A DNA stretch of 64,000 bases from Paragordius varius (taxonomy: Eukaryota > Animalia > Nematomorpha). The notes below the pieces were generated by a model, which was not told the DNA's origin, did not search any database, and worked only from the letters and a program-made list of their open reading frames with translations. The stretch's first letter is position 1. Each line of letters starts with the position of its first letter. Below are positions 1 through 14,278 of the stretch, piece by piece. The translations under genes and the position numbers were made by a program. Where the stretch lies: NCBI GenBank assembly GCA_964247055.1, contig OZ176056.1, forward strand, positions 8,122,001 through 8,186,000. The letters run 5' to 3'.

Positions 1-69
1 AACAAGACGCGGGACAAAGTGTGAAAAAGCGGGACTGTCCCGCCAAAAGCGGGACGTCTGGTCACCTTA
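1..69. mobile_element. Right end of a hAT-type element (TIR reverse complement TAAGGTGACCAGACGTCCCG); remainder lies upstream of the window
   Basis: GC-rich end with repeated CGGGAC subterminal motifs, terminating ...GACGTCTGGTCACCTTA. The TIR resembles that of the 22512-23951 element. Confidence 0.7.
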
Positions 70-70
70 G

Positions 71-252
71 GTATGGTATAATTATTTTTTCAGTATTATT
101 CAAATTTAAAACAAAATTTTATTATATATAAAATGTAAAAAAAATATAGGTAATATATCCTAAAAAACCCACAATTTATTTTAGGGAGAATTTGAATTGT
201 TCGAGGGTGAATTTGAATTGTTCAAGGGTGAATTTGAAGTTTAAATGGTATA
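71..252. mobile_element. Family A MITE (TATA-CCATTT termini, 21-bp subterminal repeats), left part interrupted by the hAT end
   Basis: Family A internal sequence followed by GGGTGAATTTGAATTGTTCAA repeats and AAATGG-TATA end. Confidence 0.75.
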
Positions 253-451
253 TTATACAATCGATTATAGTTTTTATCTAATAATGGCCGAAATAGGGTT
301 TTTGAGCCATCTATGACTTTTACCATCAGGTTTATTAGGGGAAAATAAAAATCTACCGTTTTGTTAATGAAAATATAATAATTGTAAAATATATTATATA
401 AAATATTTAACCTTTTAATTTTAAACCGTAAATGATTATTGATTTGATTAG

Positions 452-3400
452 GTATCCGGATAATAGCTATTCTGCCATCTTTCGTAAACTTGGGGAGGGT
501 AGTTATGCTGAAATATTTGGTTTATACCTCAATCCACCCAAAAAAACAACAACTAATGCTGCTCGAAATGTCAAACAACATTATAACAAAAGTGGTGTAA
601 TAAATGATCCTATAAGCCAAAAACCAATATATGCTTATAAAATTATTAATCTTACGCAGGTCATAGTTGGTTTATATTTTTTTTAGAGTGAGTAAAATGA
701 ATGGATCCATATATTAATACAGGGAAAATTGAAATTATACACAGGGCAAACTTTAAAAAAAACAAATAACGAAAAGGTCAATGTACTTTTATAAACTTAT
801 TATGCTTTAATATACCATTTACAGTTCAAATTCACCCTTAAACAATTCAAATTCACCTTCGAACAATTCAAATTCACCCTCGAACAATTCAAATTCACCC
901 CCAAATAAATTATGTGTTTTTTAAGATTAAATATTACCTATATTTTTTTATATTTTTTATAAAAAGAAATTTTGTATGTAATCAAAAAAATACTGAAAAA
1001 ATAATAAACTTTGCCATAAAAATATAATTAATTTTAATGATGAGTTATATTAGACCGAAATTTCATAATTTATTTTTAGGGTGAATTTGAATTGTTTAAG
1101 GGTGAATTTGAATTGTTCAAGGGTGAATTTGAATTGTTTAAGGGTGAATTTGAATTGTAAATGGTATATACAGTAAAAATTGAAATTATCCGGACAAAAC
1201 GTAAAAATATAAAAACAAATATTTTTTGTCAAAAGACAACCATCTTTTTTAAATCTTGATTTGTTAAATAAATAAATATCGCATCAAAATATGGAATAGA
1301 GAAGTATATTGGTAACACAATCAATCATATATTTTATATAATTGTGAATAAATCATTTATATGGGAAAAATTTAAATTTACAAAAGTATGGCTTTTTAAA
1401 AAATATTTGTCTTTATGTTTTTACGTTTTGTCTATATAATAATAGTTTTTACTGTATAACTCATTGTTTTAAATTGCAAAGTATGTAATAGAAATATACA
1501 TTGGTAACACAATCATTTATATATTTAATAATTGTAATAATTGATTATATAGCAAAAGACCAGAGTTTAAAAAGTATCTATGGCTGTTTTTTGGAAATGT
1601 TTGTCTTTAATTTTTTACGTTTTATCTGATTAATATCACAATTTTTACTGTATGTCTATTTGGATTATTTTAAACATTCCAAATAGATAGAGAAAATGAT
1701 AGTATTTTTTTGTTTAAAATATGCTAAATAAAACAAATAAACTATACATTAACATAAAATCAAAAGATTGATAAAATATCAAATTGTTTGATTTTTTTAC
1801 TACAATATTATATATTTATTGTCGATATATTGGTCTTCACGTAATCAAGGTATGCTTAAAAATTTTTGGTAGTTTTTTAATAAGTTCTATCAATCATGAT
1901 TATATTCATAACTGGTCAGACCCATCACTAATTGGAGGCAAAAATATAACCAAATCATTTAAAAAACGTAAAAATTCGCAAGGACAAATATTTTTTGAGA
2001 AAAATATAACCATATTTTTAAATCTTCTTTTTTTCCAACAAAACTTATCATTTTAAGGCAAATTGCGTAGTAGAGTTATGAATTGTAAATGGAAACTATA
2101 TATAAAGTTTATTAAACCAGGATCAGTCTTTAATTAAAATTGCTGTCTATATAGCTACAATTTTTATTGTATATATCTCAATAATATATATACCATTTAC
2201 AATTTAGTTTCACCCTTGAACAATTCAAATTCACCCTCGAACAATTCAAATTCACACTCAAATAAAATATATGTTTTTTAAGATTAAAAATTAACAATAT
2301 TTTTATATATTTTTGAAAAATAAAAATTTTGTTTTAAAATAAAATAATACTGAAAAAATAATAAACTGTAACATAAACATATATTTCATATTAATAATGA
2401 GTTATTTTAGTTCGAAAATACATAATTTATTTTTAGGGTGAATTTGAATTGTTCAAAGGTGAATTTGAATTGTTCAAGGGTAAATTTGAATTGTTCGAGG
2501 GTAAATTTGAATTGTTCAAGGGTGAATTTGAACTGTAAATGGTATATATATTTCATAAATTTTAAAAAAGTGACCTCTTCAAAAAATTACTTTATTCGAT
2601 ATAACAATAAAACTATAATAATTCTACCTAGCCCAGCGTTCATGAATCAAATGAATCGGCAATAGTAGATGGCAACTTGAAAAAAACATCAACCTATTTT
2701 TTCTTTGATATCCTATCTGAACTCATCATCTCACAAATTTTGAGTGAAACTTCGACTCAAGGATTTATACAAACTACAAAATTGTTTTGTTGCCATGGAT
2801 TTTACCCACCTATGCTTTTAGAGGCTTGGGAAGCGTTTAAGAAAACGCATAGCACTGTTTCGTGTGAAAATGAACGACCAGGTTTTTTTTATATTTAGAT
2901 ATTTTCACCGTTGTATATGCTTTGTGAAGGCTTTATAAAATCGAGTGAGAATAATAAAAAGTAAAAACGTAAAGTATATATTAATTATTATTTTTAATCC
3001 ATTATTCCAATTAGTACAAAAATAATATTAATTATGTCCTAAATACTATTTGTCAAATATATAAACTTACATCTTTATGTTCTAATTTTCAACCCAAAAT
3101 AATAGATAATTCACCCTTGAACAATTCAAATTCACCCTAAAATAAATTATGTTTTTTCTAAGTTAAAATTATACCTATATTATTTTATATTTTTATAAAA
3201 TGAAATTTTGTTTAAAATTAAAATAATACTGAAAAAATAATAAACTATGCCTTAAGAATATATTTCATATTAATGATGAGTTATATTAGCCCGAAAACAA
3301 CACACAATTATCTTTAGGGTGAATTGGAATTGTTCAAGGGTAAATTGAATTGTTCGAGGGTGAATTCGAATTGTTGATGGTATATAAAAAGTAAGGTTAA

Positions 3401-6400
3401 AAATATTATATATTATTTTTAAAAAATAATATAGTCTTTTACCTTCATTAGTGGTGTAAATGTATTAATTTTATTCAATCTTGTTTTTTATGGTAGATTT
3501 TTACACAAAATCCGACAAATTCCTCATATATGAACAGGGGTATGGCGGGACAAGTTTGGAAAAATTTGAGGTATAATTTTTTTTATTAAAAATTTTTTTT
3601 GCCTTTCATTGTAAATTCGTTTTTGGAAAAAATATTCATGATAATTGCAACATGTAAAAGATTTTATACTTTTCCAAAAAATATTATATTATCAAATGCC
3701 TATTGCAATTATTTGAAATTTACATTATTATATTTATATAATTTAATCAAAAACTTTATATTTAAGTTTTAAATAATAACATAACTGAAAATATAAGGTA
3801 CCTTACAATTATTTATATTTAATTTTTTAATAAAATAGATAAGTATTTTAAAGTGTATTATTTTTGTGGATAATACAGGACAAAAAGCAATGATATATGT
3901 AAATAAAGGAAATTTATGGTATATATAGTTAAATCAAATTAAAATAATTAAGTATAAAATTATTAAATGCATATAAAAATTTATTTACCATATATATTTA
4001 TCAGAAAAAATAATTTTATAATTTATTTTGTTAGCATGATGTGTTAGTTGTAAGGTTTAAGCCTTATAATTTTAAGTTTTAATTTAATTTATGAAATTTT
4101 AAATTTTTTATAAGAAGTAATTAAAATTATACGGACAAAAGGTAAAAATACAGAGACATATTTTTTTCTAAATTCAACCATACTTTTTAAATCTTAATTT
4201 TTTTTTAATTTAACTCATATTTTAAACTCCAAAGTATAAAATAGAGAGGTATATTGGTAATACAATCAATTACATTTACGTTTGGTATTAAATGTTTTTA
4301 ATGTATATATTAGGGTTTGAAAAATATGGTTGTCTTTTGAAAAAAATATTTGTCTTTATATTTTTACGTTTTGTCCATATAATTTCAAACATTTTTACTG
4401 TATATATAATCAAGTTTGCAAATGAATGTGAAATACAAACGTTTCTCGTTCAATTGTGTCAAGCTATAAGCCAAGTGGAAAATGCCTATGAATTTGAACA
4501 TCGAGATTTGCATTGGGGAAATATATTGGTAGTACAAAATTATTTTTACTGGGGTTTAACTTTATAAAAAAAACATTATTTTTCAGACAAAAACGTAAAA
4601 ACTAAAAGACAAATTTTCTTTGTAAAAATACAACACTATGCTATTAAAAATTTATGATGTTTCTATATTCATAAATGTAATTAAATAGATTATTTGGGAA
4701 AAATAAAGGTTTAAAAATATATTTCTTTTAATACTTGGTTTATAATTGAAATTTTACTATATATATACCATTTACGATTCAAATTCACCCTCAAACAATT
4801 TAAAATCACCCTTAAATTTCCTCAAAAATAAATTATATATTTACGGGCTATTATAACTCATCATTAATAGAAATATTTCTTTATGGCTTAGTTTTTGATT
4901 TTTTCAGTATTATTTTAATTTTAGACAAAATTACAGTTTATAAAAAATATCAAAAAATATAAAGGTAATATTTAATCTTAAAAAACATATTTTATTTTAG
5001 GGTGAAATTTATATTGGTCAAGGGGGGGGTGAATTTTAAGTGTAAATGGTATACATCTAAAATGTGATAAATATTAATTAAAACTTTATACTGCATAGAT
5101 TGAAAGAATATCAGAAAAAAATTGTGATTTGAAAGTGTCCATTATCGATTTCACCTTATCAAGGATGAAAATAAGTAAAATTTTAGTTAGAGTAAAAATT
5201 GAAATTATACGGACAAAGCGTGAAAATATAAAGACAAATATTTTTTTCAAAAAGACAACCATACTTGAATCTTGATATTTTAAATATAACTCATTGTTTT
5301 AAACTACAAATTATAATATATAATTGTAAAATCAATTGTGTATTTTACGATTGTAATTTCATGTTTTTTATGGGATAAATTAAGGTTTAAAAAAGCATGG
5401 TTGTCTTATGAAAAAAAAATTTCCTTATATTTTTACATTTTGTCCGTATAATATCAATTTTTACTGCATTTTGTAATCGAAAGTCGGCCTTAACAGGCGT
5501 TTTTTTTTCAAAAAATTAGAAACTTTAGGGAAGTTTTCCAAATTATAAATTTATTTTAATCTGTAATGGAAACGGATTTGTTTTGGCTCTAGTTTTATGT
5601 ATTTTTTTTAAAACTGCATTTTATAAATAATATACATTGGGTTTTAAACCCTGAACATTGCTTTTTTGCATTGAAAAATGGTTCCATCAATATTTTTATG
5701 TTAAATTGAATTAAGAAATTTTTAGACGTGATTCAAAATTATAAAAAAAAATTTTCCATAACCTTTTTAATATCCTTAAATCTCAAAAACTGGGTTCAAT
5801 TGACCATATTACAGTAAAACTGATATTATACAAATAACACCTAAAAACATAAAGACAAATATTTTTTTAAAGATACCCATAGTTTTACCTTGATTTTATT
5901 ATAAATCATTAGTAAAAAATGCAAAGTGTTTAATAGAGATACATATATTACTAACATAATCAATTCTATCTGTTACAATTGTAACTAAATGGCTTATATG
6001 GGAAAAATTAAGATTTAAAAAAGTATGGTTGGTTGTCTTTTAGATAAAAATATTTGTCCTTATATTTTTAACGTTATGTCCGTATAATTTCAATTTTTAC
6101 TATATTATATATATATATTTACTAAGTTTATTTGGTAATTTATGCCTTATATTTGAGGTAATGATTAATAAATCCTTTATTAGATAATCAAATCCATTAT
6201 CGAGAATTGGTGACAGAAAATGACATTTTTATGGGAAAAGGCGATATTCAATTTGACGTATATCGCGATATGCGCAAACTAACCAAGTAGCTTTTTTCAT
6301 TTATGGGTTTTTTTATTTAGCATATAGGTGGATTATTGAAAATTTTAAAGAAATTTGATTTTAGTGAGTATGGTAAATTGGCCATAAAAATATATTTCAA

Positions 6401-7093
6401 GTAAATTTTATAATACAGTATGCATTTTAATGGTTGCTTATTTCAAACTATAGTAGAGCCATTCGCAACACATTAGTATCTGGAAAAAAGAAGGGAATAA
6501 TTTTTTTTATTCATCATTTTATTGTTTCATAGCCCTACTATAGTGTATAATAAGTCACCATTATAATGCATACTGTAATAAATATAAAAATTCGCTTCTG
6601 AAAATTTTTTAACACACGCTATTACAGTGGAAATGTTAAATCAAGTCCGAAATAGACTTTCTAATTTTCATTATTTTTTATAGTGAACACTTATTCCCGT
6701 CATTAGAAGGTTACAAAATTTAATAAAACCATACAAATTGCAATATATACCCACAAATTAAATTCACCCTCGAACAATTTCAATTCACCCTAAAAATAAA
6801 TTATGTGTTTTTGGGCTAATATAACTAATCATTAGGGTAAATATCTTTATGGCATAGCTTATTATTTTTTTAGTATCATGTTGATTTTTAATGAAATTTC
6901 ATTTTTTAAAAAGAATTAAAAAAAATATAGGTAATTTTTAACCTTAAAAAACACATTATTTTAGGGTGAATTTGAATTGCACGTAGGTGAAATTGAATTG
7001 ATCAAGGGTGAATTGAACTGTAAATGATATATATATATATATATATATATATAATGACGCCAAATAGACCCATTTACACATGAAAATTTGAAA

Positions 7094-7132
<39 letters not shown>

Positions 7133-8235
7133 AAAGGGATGATTGGAAAAATTTTCACCCTAAAACCAATGTATTATGGATCCGATATATCATAGCAAAA
7201 GTGCTTAAACACAAATTCCCTAGAAGACAAAAAGGTTGATTGTGGATTTTAAAATTTCTTCAAATTTGCTTAACAAACCAAACATACATATTAATTTTTT
7301 TTTATAAGAACTCATTATAAAAATAATATCATAATATATTAGATTTATTTACAATCAGAAGCAAGCAAAAGGTAAATTAAAAAGTAATTTTTTATCCAAG
7401 TTAACACACTTCATAACGTGTTGGGTTATTTTATCAAAATTTATATATTAAAAAAATATGTTTTCTTTTACCCTTTGAGAGCTAGATACAAAATATAATT
7501 TGAAAAATTTAAAATTAAACATAAAACCTCAGCTTACACTACTTTTTTTCTTAAATTTTTTTGTATCGCTAATGCAACAATGTATAGTATGGGTCAAATA
7601 AATATAAATAACTTTGGAAAGCTTTAAAAACACAATTTACCAGCTACTTTTTGTTATTCACTGATTTTAATATCAGTTGTTCGTTTAATCTCGTGTTTTG
7701 GAGGAATTATACGAAGAAAACATAAGAATATAAAGGCAAAAAAATTTTTTTTTAAAGACAACCATACTTTTTAATTTTTTTAATTAGAACTCATTGCTGA
7801 TTAAAACATTGCAAAGTATAAAATAGAGATGAATATTGGTAACACATCAATATTATATTTTACAGTGGTAGTAATTAAATATTTTATTAAAGAAAAATTA
7901 AGGTTTAAATAAGTATGGTTGTTTTTTAAAGAAATTTATATTTTTACATTTTGTTTGTCCGTATATAATTTCAATTTTTATAGTATGTGATGATTATTAA
8001 AAATTAAATTTAAATAGCTTCGTATATCAAATTTTATCAAAAAATCTCTTTGAATATTAAACAAATTTTATATATATTCAACATTTTTGTAGGCAAAGGC
8101 AAAAAAAATCAAAAACCGCATCGTACACAATATGCCACGTACTTAACCAATCTCCATGAAAATAAACGATTTTGGGAAAACTGTGGCAATACTTTTGAAA
8201 TTTTATCGACACTCCAAGCATTCAATGCAAAATAA
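452..8235 (+). CDS. HASPIN: Haspin (histone H3 Thr3 kinase) kinase domain, 5'-partial, 8 exons in window
   Basis: Exons 452-659, 2632-2881, 3497-3570, 4415-4528, 5099-5174, 6184-6286, 7137-7234, 8093-8235 join in phase with GT-AG. Motifs KLGEGSYAEIF, YKII, ILSELIIS, GFYPPMLLEAW, FEHRDLHWGN, SIIDFTLSR, GDIQFDVYR, FHPKTNVLW match haspin. Stop TAA 8233-8235. Confidence 0.93.
811..1168. mobile_element. Family A MITE, complete
   Basis: TATACCATTTACAG...TGTAAATGGTATA with tandem 21-bp TTCAAATTCACCCTTGAACAA units at both ends. Confidence 0.9.
1169..1456. mobile_element. Family B MITE (Tc1/mariner-pogo-like, TA-CAGTAAAAATTGAAATTAT TIR)
   Basis: TA-CAGTAAAAA...TTTTTACTG-TA with long imperfect TIRs. 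Further full or partial copies near 4114-4402, 4580-4760, 5188-5468, 5810-6102, 7700-7985, 16370-16640, 20650-20895, 21720-21871, 24835-25040, 52120-52370, 58830-59080. Confidence 0.85.
2189..2546. mobile_element. Family A MITE, complete
   Basis: TATACCATTTAC and GTAAATGGTATA ends with 21-bp repeats. Further copies about 3105-3384, 4764-5053, 6746-7030. Confidence 0.88.
6414..6577. mobile_element. Family C MITE (TA-CAGTATGCATTTTAATGGTTGC TIR, Tc1/mariner-like)
   Basis: Inverted termini flanked by TA. Other copies about 8339-8517 and 15991-16197. Confidence 0.85.
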
Positions 8236-9018
8236 CTAAGGAAAAAATTTTTTTTACATAATATTATAAAATAAAATAAATTATTATCATTATATTGTTG
8301 ACAAAATTCTCACATTTAAGCCAACACTGCAGTTATATGAAAGTATGTATTTTAATGGTTGCTTATTTTAAACACAACAGGAGTGTATGGATGGAAAAAT
8401 TAAGGAAATATTGTTTTATTCAACATTTTTTTAGTTTTTTCCATACACTACTGTGTTGTGTTACAAATTGCCCTATTATAGTGTGTGAATTCAGCAACCA
8501 TTAAAATGCATACTGTAATGCCTTAAACTTTTTATTCCACGGCTTAATTAATATTTTCTGGGCGTAGTTTTTAATTATTCATATATATTAGGCCTGAAAT
8601 AATGTTAAATTCAAAACCCTAAACTCAGTTTTTAAACAAATTTTAAAATCGCTGATGGTTTCTGCCATATCTAAAGTTTCAAAAATATGTTTAGAGGAAA
8701 AATTGATTCAACAGAGTATCAATAAAAGTGTATTTGAAAAAAATTGCGTAAAATTAAAAAATCAACATTTTCTTTGACTTTATTAATTTGTTTTATTTTT
8801 ATATAAAATGCGCCCACACCCCATTCACACATAGTATTAATAAATAATCATGAAATATGTTGCAAATTAAAACCATTGTTTAATATTAATAATATAATTA
8901 TTATAATAATTTTTTTTGAAATTAATAAGATATATTAAATAACATGCATATTGGTCTTGCTACAAATCCAGTTCAATTTTTTGGTGATACCATTGTAGAT
9001 TAGTAATGTAATTATTTT

Positions 9019-12000
9019 TCAAGTGTATCTATCCTAAAAAATCATAAAATAAATTTAATATATATATATCAAATAAACTGTATATGACAACATATTTCCT
9101 TACAATCTAGTTTTTTAAAAATCTTTAATAAAAATATATAGTTCTAAAGTTAAAACGCCTTAATGTTAATCAAATTGAAAAGATTTAGTTTTTCACAATT
9201 AATCATTACCTATCTATTTAAAAAAACTAAAAATATTATAAACTACAAACTCCATTTAAATAAACTATCTACAAAAAAAGTTATGTAATATTCAAAAAAT
9301 TGAATAATTTCAGCATATTGGACAAGATATAAAAAATTCTGCACACTATCAAAAAAATAAATCACCATATATATTTATATGTTAAATAAAATTTACATAT
9401 ACTTGAATGTTGGATAAAACATTGCTAGCCAGGTTAGTAATACGTCCTGTAATTCTCGATACTCCATCTTTGACTCCGTCTTTTATGTTTCCCAATTCTG
9501 GCGTTAAAATATCCTAAGAAAATGCAAATTAACAAATAAATTCATTTATATCTTCGAAAAGTAATAAAAAAATATTTTAAGTTAAATAAAATCATTATTT
9601 CCCAGAAAAAAATTTAAAAAAGAAGAGTGAACAATATGAAATTACCTTATAAGTAGAATAATAATCCATGGCCGTATTATAAGTTGAACTGGCTACACCA
9701 CTTGATCTATGCATTCTGGCACCTATAAAAAGTCAATATTTTACAATCATGAAATTATTTGAAAATGTATAATTTAGAGATGATAGTATTAGTAATTTAC
9801 AATAATCGTGACGTTATAACGTTTACAACTAATTTTTTCAAATGTTATTCACATAATATATAAAAATAGTATCAATTATACGTTCAAAATCGATTATACT
9901 TCAATTTTCGTCTAATATATCGCGTTGTAAAAATATTAGGGGAAAATATATACCCTTCGACATGTCATCATTGCCAAACAGGTCGGCACTAGATATCCCC
10001 GATGCGCCTTCCAAATTTTTCAATTTCACATTGTATTCATCAGTACTACCGTTGGTAGAGGAACTGCCCTTGTTAAAGTATTGATCAGATGATATGGATT
10101 TGGCATTTCCAAAATTTTGTCGTGCATAACATGACGAATCCGCTAAATTCGGTCTTTCCGTCCTATTTTTCTCAGCAGAAAAAGCAGCTGTTGTAGTTTT
10201 TTTGTTAATCGTCTTATTTTTATTTGTGGTATCGTTCTCATCATTATCGTCGTCATCGTAGATATTGCGATTACGGGAGGTTCCATATTTTGCTATTTTT
10301 ATACCAAATACACATGCATGCTTTTAGCAAAAAACTATTAGCAAGAAATTTTTATGCCGAAACAATATCAATCAAAGATCGAATGTTGAAACAAAACAGG
10401 TTAACTGGTTGAGATACTAATGCCGGTGTGATAACTAACAAAATGGTTTAAGGAAAAAAAACTGAAATCATTTGGAATTTATTGACTCTAACTTTGGTGT
10501 GTCAATTAAAGTATGTATGATAAACATATCACATATTTTATAAACAATTTATATAATACTGTATTTATATTTCCAAATAATTAAGTTGTAGTATAATTAA
10601 TTCTAAAGTAAATTGAAAAATTAGATACTTGATACTGAATATGGCTTTGATTTCGTTGTTTTTCCACCATATGTTGTTGAGGTGGTATGATGATCGTCTG
10701 CCTCTTCATATAAATCATTTTCATCGTCAGACGATAGATTGGAACTTAAACGATTGCTTTGATTTGATGATTTTTTATGTTGCGATTCAAGTTTTTTGGA
10801 GGGTGATGAACTACCAATTTGGTTTATGGTTACAATATCGTTCGAAGCAAAATGACTCACGCCAGACTGATTACTGTTGCTTTGCCTGAAAATATATTTG
10901 TGGGGAAAAAATTGGGTAAATTATCTAACCATATATTTATTTAGCGAAATTATACATAGCTAATATAGTTTTACAAAAAATTTTACTTCTTTTTCGCAAT
11001 ATCTTTGGCCAATTGATTAGATTTTTTGGCGTTAGGTTTACCAGATGTATGGTTTGTAGCATCATCTATGTCCTGATATGACAGTTTCATTGAGGCACTT
11101 TAAAAAATAATGCAAGATGAAGTAATAACCAACTATTAAATTCTATAATTAAGGTGATTTTTTGGCGACTTGATGCGTGTGTTTCGGATATAATAAAGTT
11201 TGATTAAGTAAACGACAAATTATGAAAAATTATTATTTGATTGTAAATGTTCAAGAAAATCGATAATAATAATTTAAATCAAAAACATAAGCTATTGATA
11301 TGGTAAAATCCTTTCTTATGCTATATGCGCATAGGAGCAAAAATAGAATAATATCATTATCTAGAATCATTGAAAGATTAGATTCGCGATTTTGATTTTA
11401 ATAAAAAAAATTTTGGGCTTGCGATTTGTTTATAATTGCATAAACTTTAAAAACTGGAATAAAACAAATTATAAACGAAATATTATTATTATTATATTAT
11501 CAATCGCCCTTAAGCCCAAAATTTATTTTATCATGATCATAGTCAAATTTACAAATTTTTATGGTTTGTATATCATACGCAAATAAGATAAAAAATTACA
11601 TTTTCTTCAAAGTTTCCTCTTCATTTAGCGAAGGATCGCCACCAGCACCCTCAATGTTATTATGTGACTTCTTATCATGACTCAAATTCCGACTATTACG
11701 TAATTCTTCGGCCTGTTGTGCCTGTTTTTCTATTGCGGCAAAATCAATTTTGTTTGATAATTTTTGCGTTTTGAGTCCTTTTTTGCTTGATAACGCACCG
11801 CTACCAGTCTACCCATTAGTATTTTTATAACATTGGTCAAATTAATAAATGTTTGGTTATTTAAGGGATATAAAAATTCAAAATTACTTTTTTTGCCATA
11901 GATTGGTTCGATTCGTTGGCCAATGAGGCTCCTTCAGAATTTAAGTTGGATGCAGTATGGCTTTGGTTATTAAAACTTAATTTTTCTGAGTTTGTCTAAA

Positions 12001-12734
12001 AAATGTGCAATTTCAATTAAAAAAATATCGAAAAATAAAATATATTTCTTCTGACATTTCTTTTAAAATAATATATACCTGTGGTTTATGGCTATTTTCT
12101 ATGAGTTTATTCAATTTTTGTCGATACATATTGGCCGTTCGACTGGTATATTTGTTTTTAACGTCAGTTTGACCAGAACTGGTGTATTCGGAAAAATATG
12201 CTACCTATTAATAGGTATAAAAATGTAAAGAAGATAAAAAAAATATCTGATAAAAGTTGTTTTGTGCCAAATTATATATATACATATGGTATTATTTCAA
12301 AAGCACGTTTCAAAAAATCACTTTTTGTTATTGAAAGCAATTTGTATGAAAGATTTTCGGTTTAAAAAATATAAATTATACCGCATTCGCATTTCCACCC
12401 ATTTGCATTGCAGTTATCTGTGGACGTGTCCAACTCGTGTCAAGTTGTGATGAACGAATAAATGAAACATGAACTCCCATAGATCGATGTGTAGCCGAGC
12501 AATCTATGCAAAGAAACACGCCATAAGTTACACTACACCAGGTTGGATTTGTGCCTCCGCAATCAAAACATACCTATAAAAATCATCAAAAACTTGTAAT
12601 TTTTTCAAAAAGACTTACCGTATATATTAAAAATAAAGATGTAAGGAGAATGTATAAACTTTATTGGCTGGTTGCTTTTGTAATTCATTAAAAATTTCCT
12701 TAATTTCTTCTTTGCTGAGCACGTCGTCAGTCAT
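9019..12734 (-). CDS. ARFGAP2/3: ADP-ribosylation factor GTPase-activating protein, ArfGAP2/3 (Glo3) subfamily, 11 exons, 539 aa
   Basis: Exons (high to low) 12734-12660, 12573-12382, 12204-12079, 11995-11888, 11808-11600, 11097-10987, 10885-10629, 10292-9954, 9722-9646, 9513-9403, 9033-9019 sum to 1620 nt. Zinc finger [28 protein letters not shown], Glo3 motifs [10 protein letters not shown] and ISSADLFG, C-terminus NIQDRYT*. Confidence 0.93.
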
Positions 12735-13034
12735 TTGTTTAACAAATTGGTTATACGTATGAACCCGTAGATTATATTTGACAATATGATATTTACCTTC
12801 AATACAAATTGCTTGATTTGGTGTGTCAGAAAATCATATAAAAAAGCGTAAATTATGAAATATGTATCGGTTAATATAGGTTTAAACTTATTTTTAGCAT
12901 AACGTCAATATATTCTTTAAAATTATATTTGGAATCACTAAATATTTATCATATATATTTAATTTTATTTTTATGGTCTTTCATAAGGCCATTAAGTTGA
13001 TTTAAAAATTTAACGAATTTTTTAAGTACATTAA

Positions 13035-13576
13035 CACTTTGATTCAAATTGGGGTATACAATTACCCCAGATTAAATTTGAATTCAAATTTTAAAAAACT
13101 ACTGAAGGAAACAGTCCCAATTTAAATTTATGCTTCTATCCTAATAAAAATTATATAAATATGCCATAATATTTGAATAAAATATTGTTGAAAAAAATTA
13201 CATTCTTCGCTATTTTTATTTTACAAAATTTTTGAATATCGTCCTCATTTAATTCTAAGGGTAAAATTAAGCAAATTTTTTATTTAAATTTCATCTAACA
13301 TTGATAGAAATAGAAAAGGCGGGTAATTTTGTATTATTTTTTATAACCATTGCACACATGTCACGTTGACTAAATATTTGTCGGTTTTAGCTTAAAATAA
13401 GTAATATCAAGAAGTATTTTGAATTAAATTTTTTATATATTTTGGTTTATTGTTATATTAGTGTAAAATTCTGCCATATTCCTTCTATATTTTTCAAGGA
13501 AATAAATTAAACAGGCCTGGGGTATTTAACTCCCCCAATTTGATTCAAAGGACTAAAATGAATGTGTTGTAAAGTG
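13035..13576 (-). mobile_element. Family D piggyBac-like non-autonomous element (TTAA-CACTT...AAGTG-TTAA), reverse orientation
   Basis: TTAA at 13031-13034 and 13577-13580; reverse complement of the 26840-27411 copy. Confidence 0.8.
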
Positions 13577-14278
13577 TTAAGACATACGTATTTTAACCCT
13601 TATTCTCTATTTTATCCTTATTATTTTAAAGGCCGAGAATTGTCGTTAATACTTTATGACCTGTTAGGGTAATTTTATAATTCAAAGCCATTAAAACTTA
13701 AATATCTTTAAAAATATGTTTAAAACTTTACTCAGAGTGCGATTAGTTTCTATAAATTAAATATTAAATATAAACTTGTGATTTTGCATATGTTTATTTT
13801 GAGAGTTAATGGAATAAGATTCTCTAGTTTAATATTTATACACATTTTGTACAGTTTTTCCAAACTTTCATTCTCTTCTGTATCCACCCAGTTTGGATAG
13901 GTAAAATTAGCGAATAAACAGATCAAAGATTCTAATTACATATAAAAACTAAATTATATACATAAAAAGTTACTAAAATATTTTTTTCTCATATTTTTGT
14001 ATATGTCAAGTGTGCCCTATACCACACTTGCAATTTCTTCAAGTTTTTCTTAATCATATGATTTTTTATCACCTTATGTTCAAGTTTACTTGCTTGACTT
14101 AAGTGCCCTAATGTTAATTTTTTTTATCACATGAAAGCAAGCCATGACTTGAAAAACTTGTGAGCCAAGTCAAAAAAATTTTTTATCACCCCACCCAATA
14201 TATATAAAAACTCATAATTGCAATAATCAACATTTCAAACTTTTTCGCCGACAATTTTTATACATTTTTACGCTTAAA

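Noticed and set aside
660-686. 27-nt GT-AG segment after haspin exon 452-659 (and a 17-nt one at 2882-2898) as micro-introns
   Set aside because: The frame hits a stop within a few codons, while the distal acceptors at 2631 and 3496 restore conserved haspin sequence
12574-12659. Strong GTAAGT donor at 12618 inside ArfGAP intron 1
   Set aside because: Using it would add 41 nt including a stop; the upstream donor gives the conserved NK|VCFDC junction
12731-13931. Open frames upstream of ArfGAP, including a TGA overlapping its ATG and a 26-nt GT-AG segment near 13760-13785
   Set aside because: No start codon, no recognisable homology, and consistent with chance
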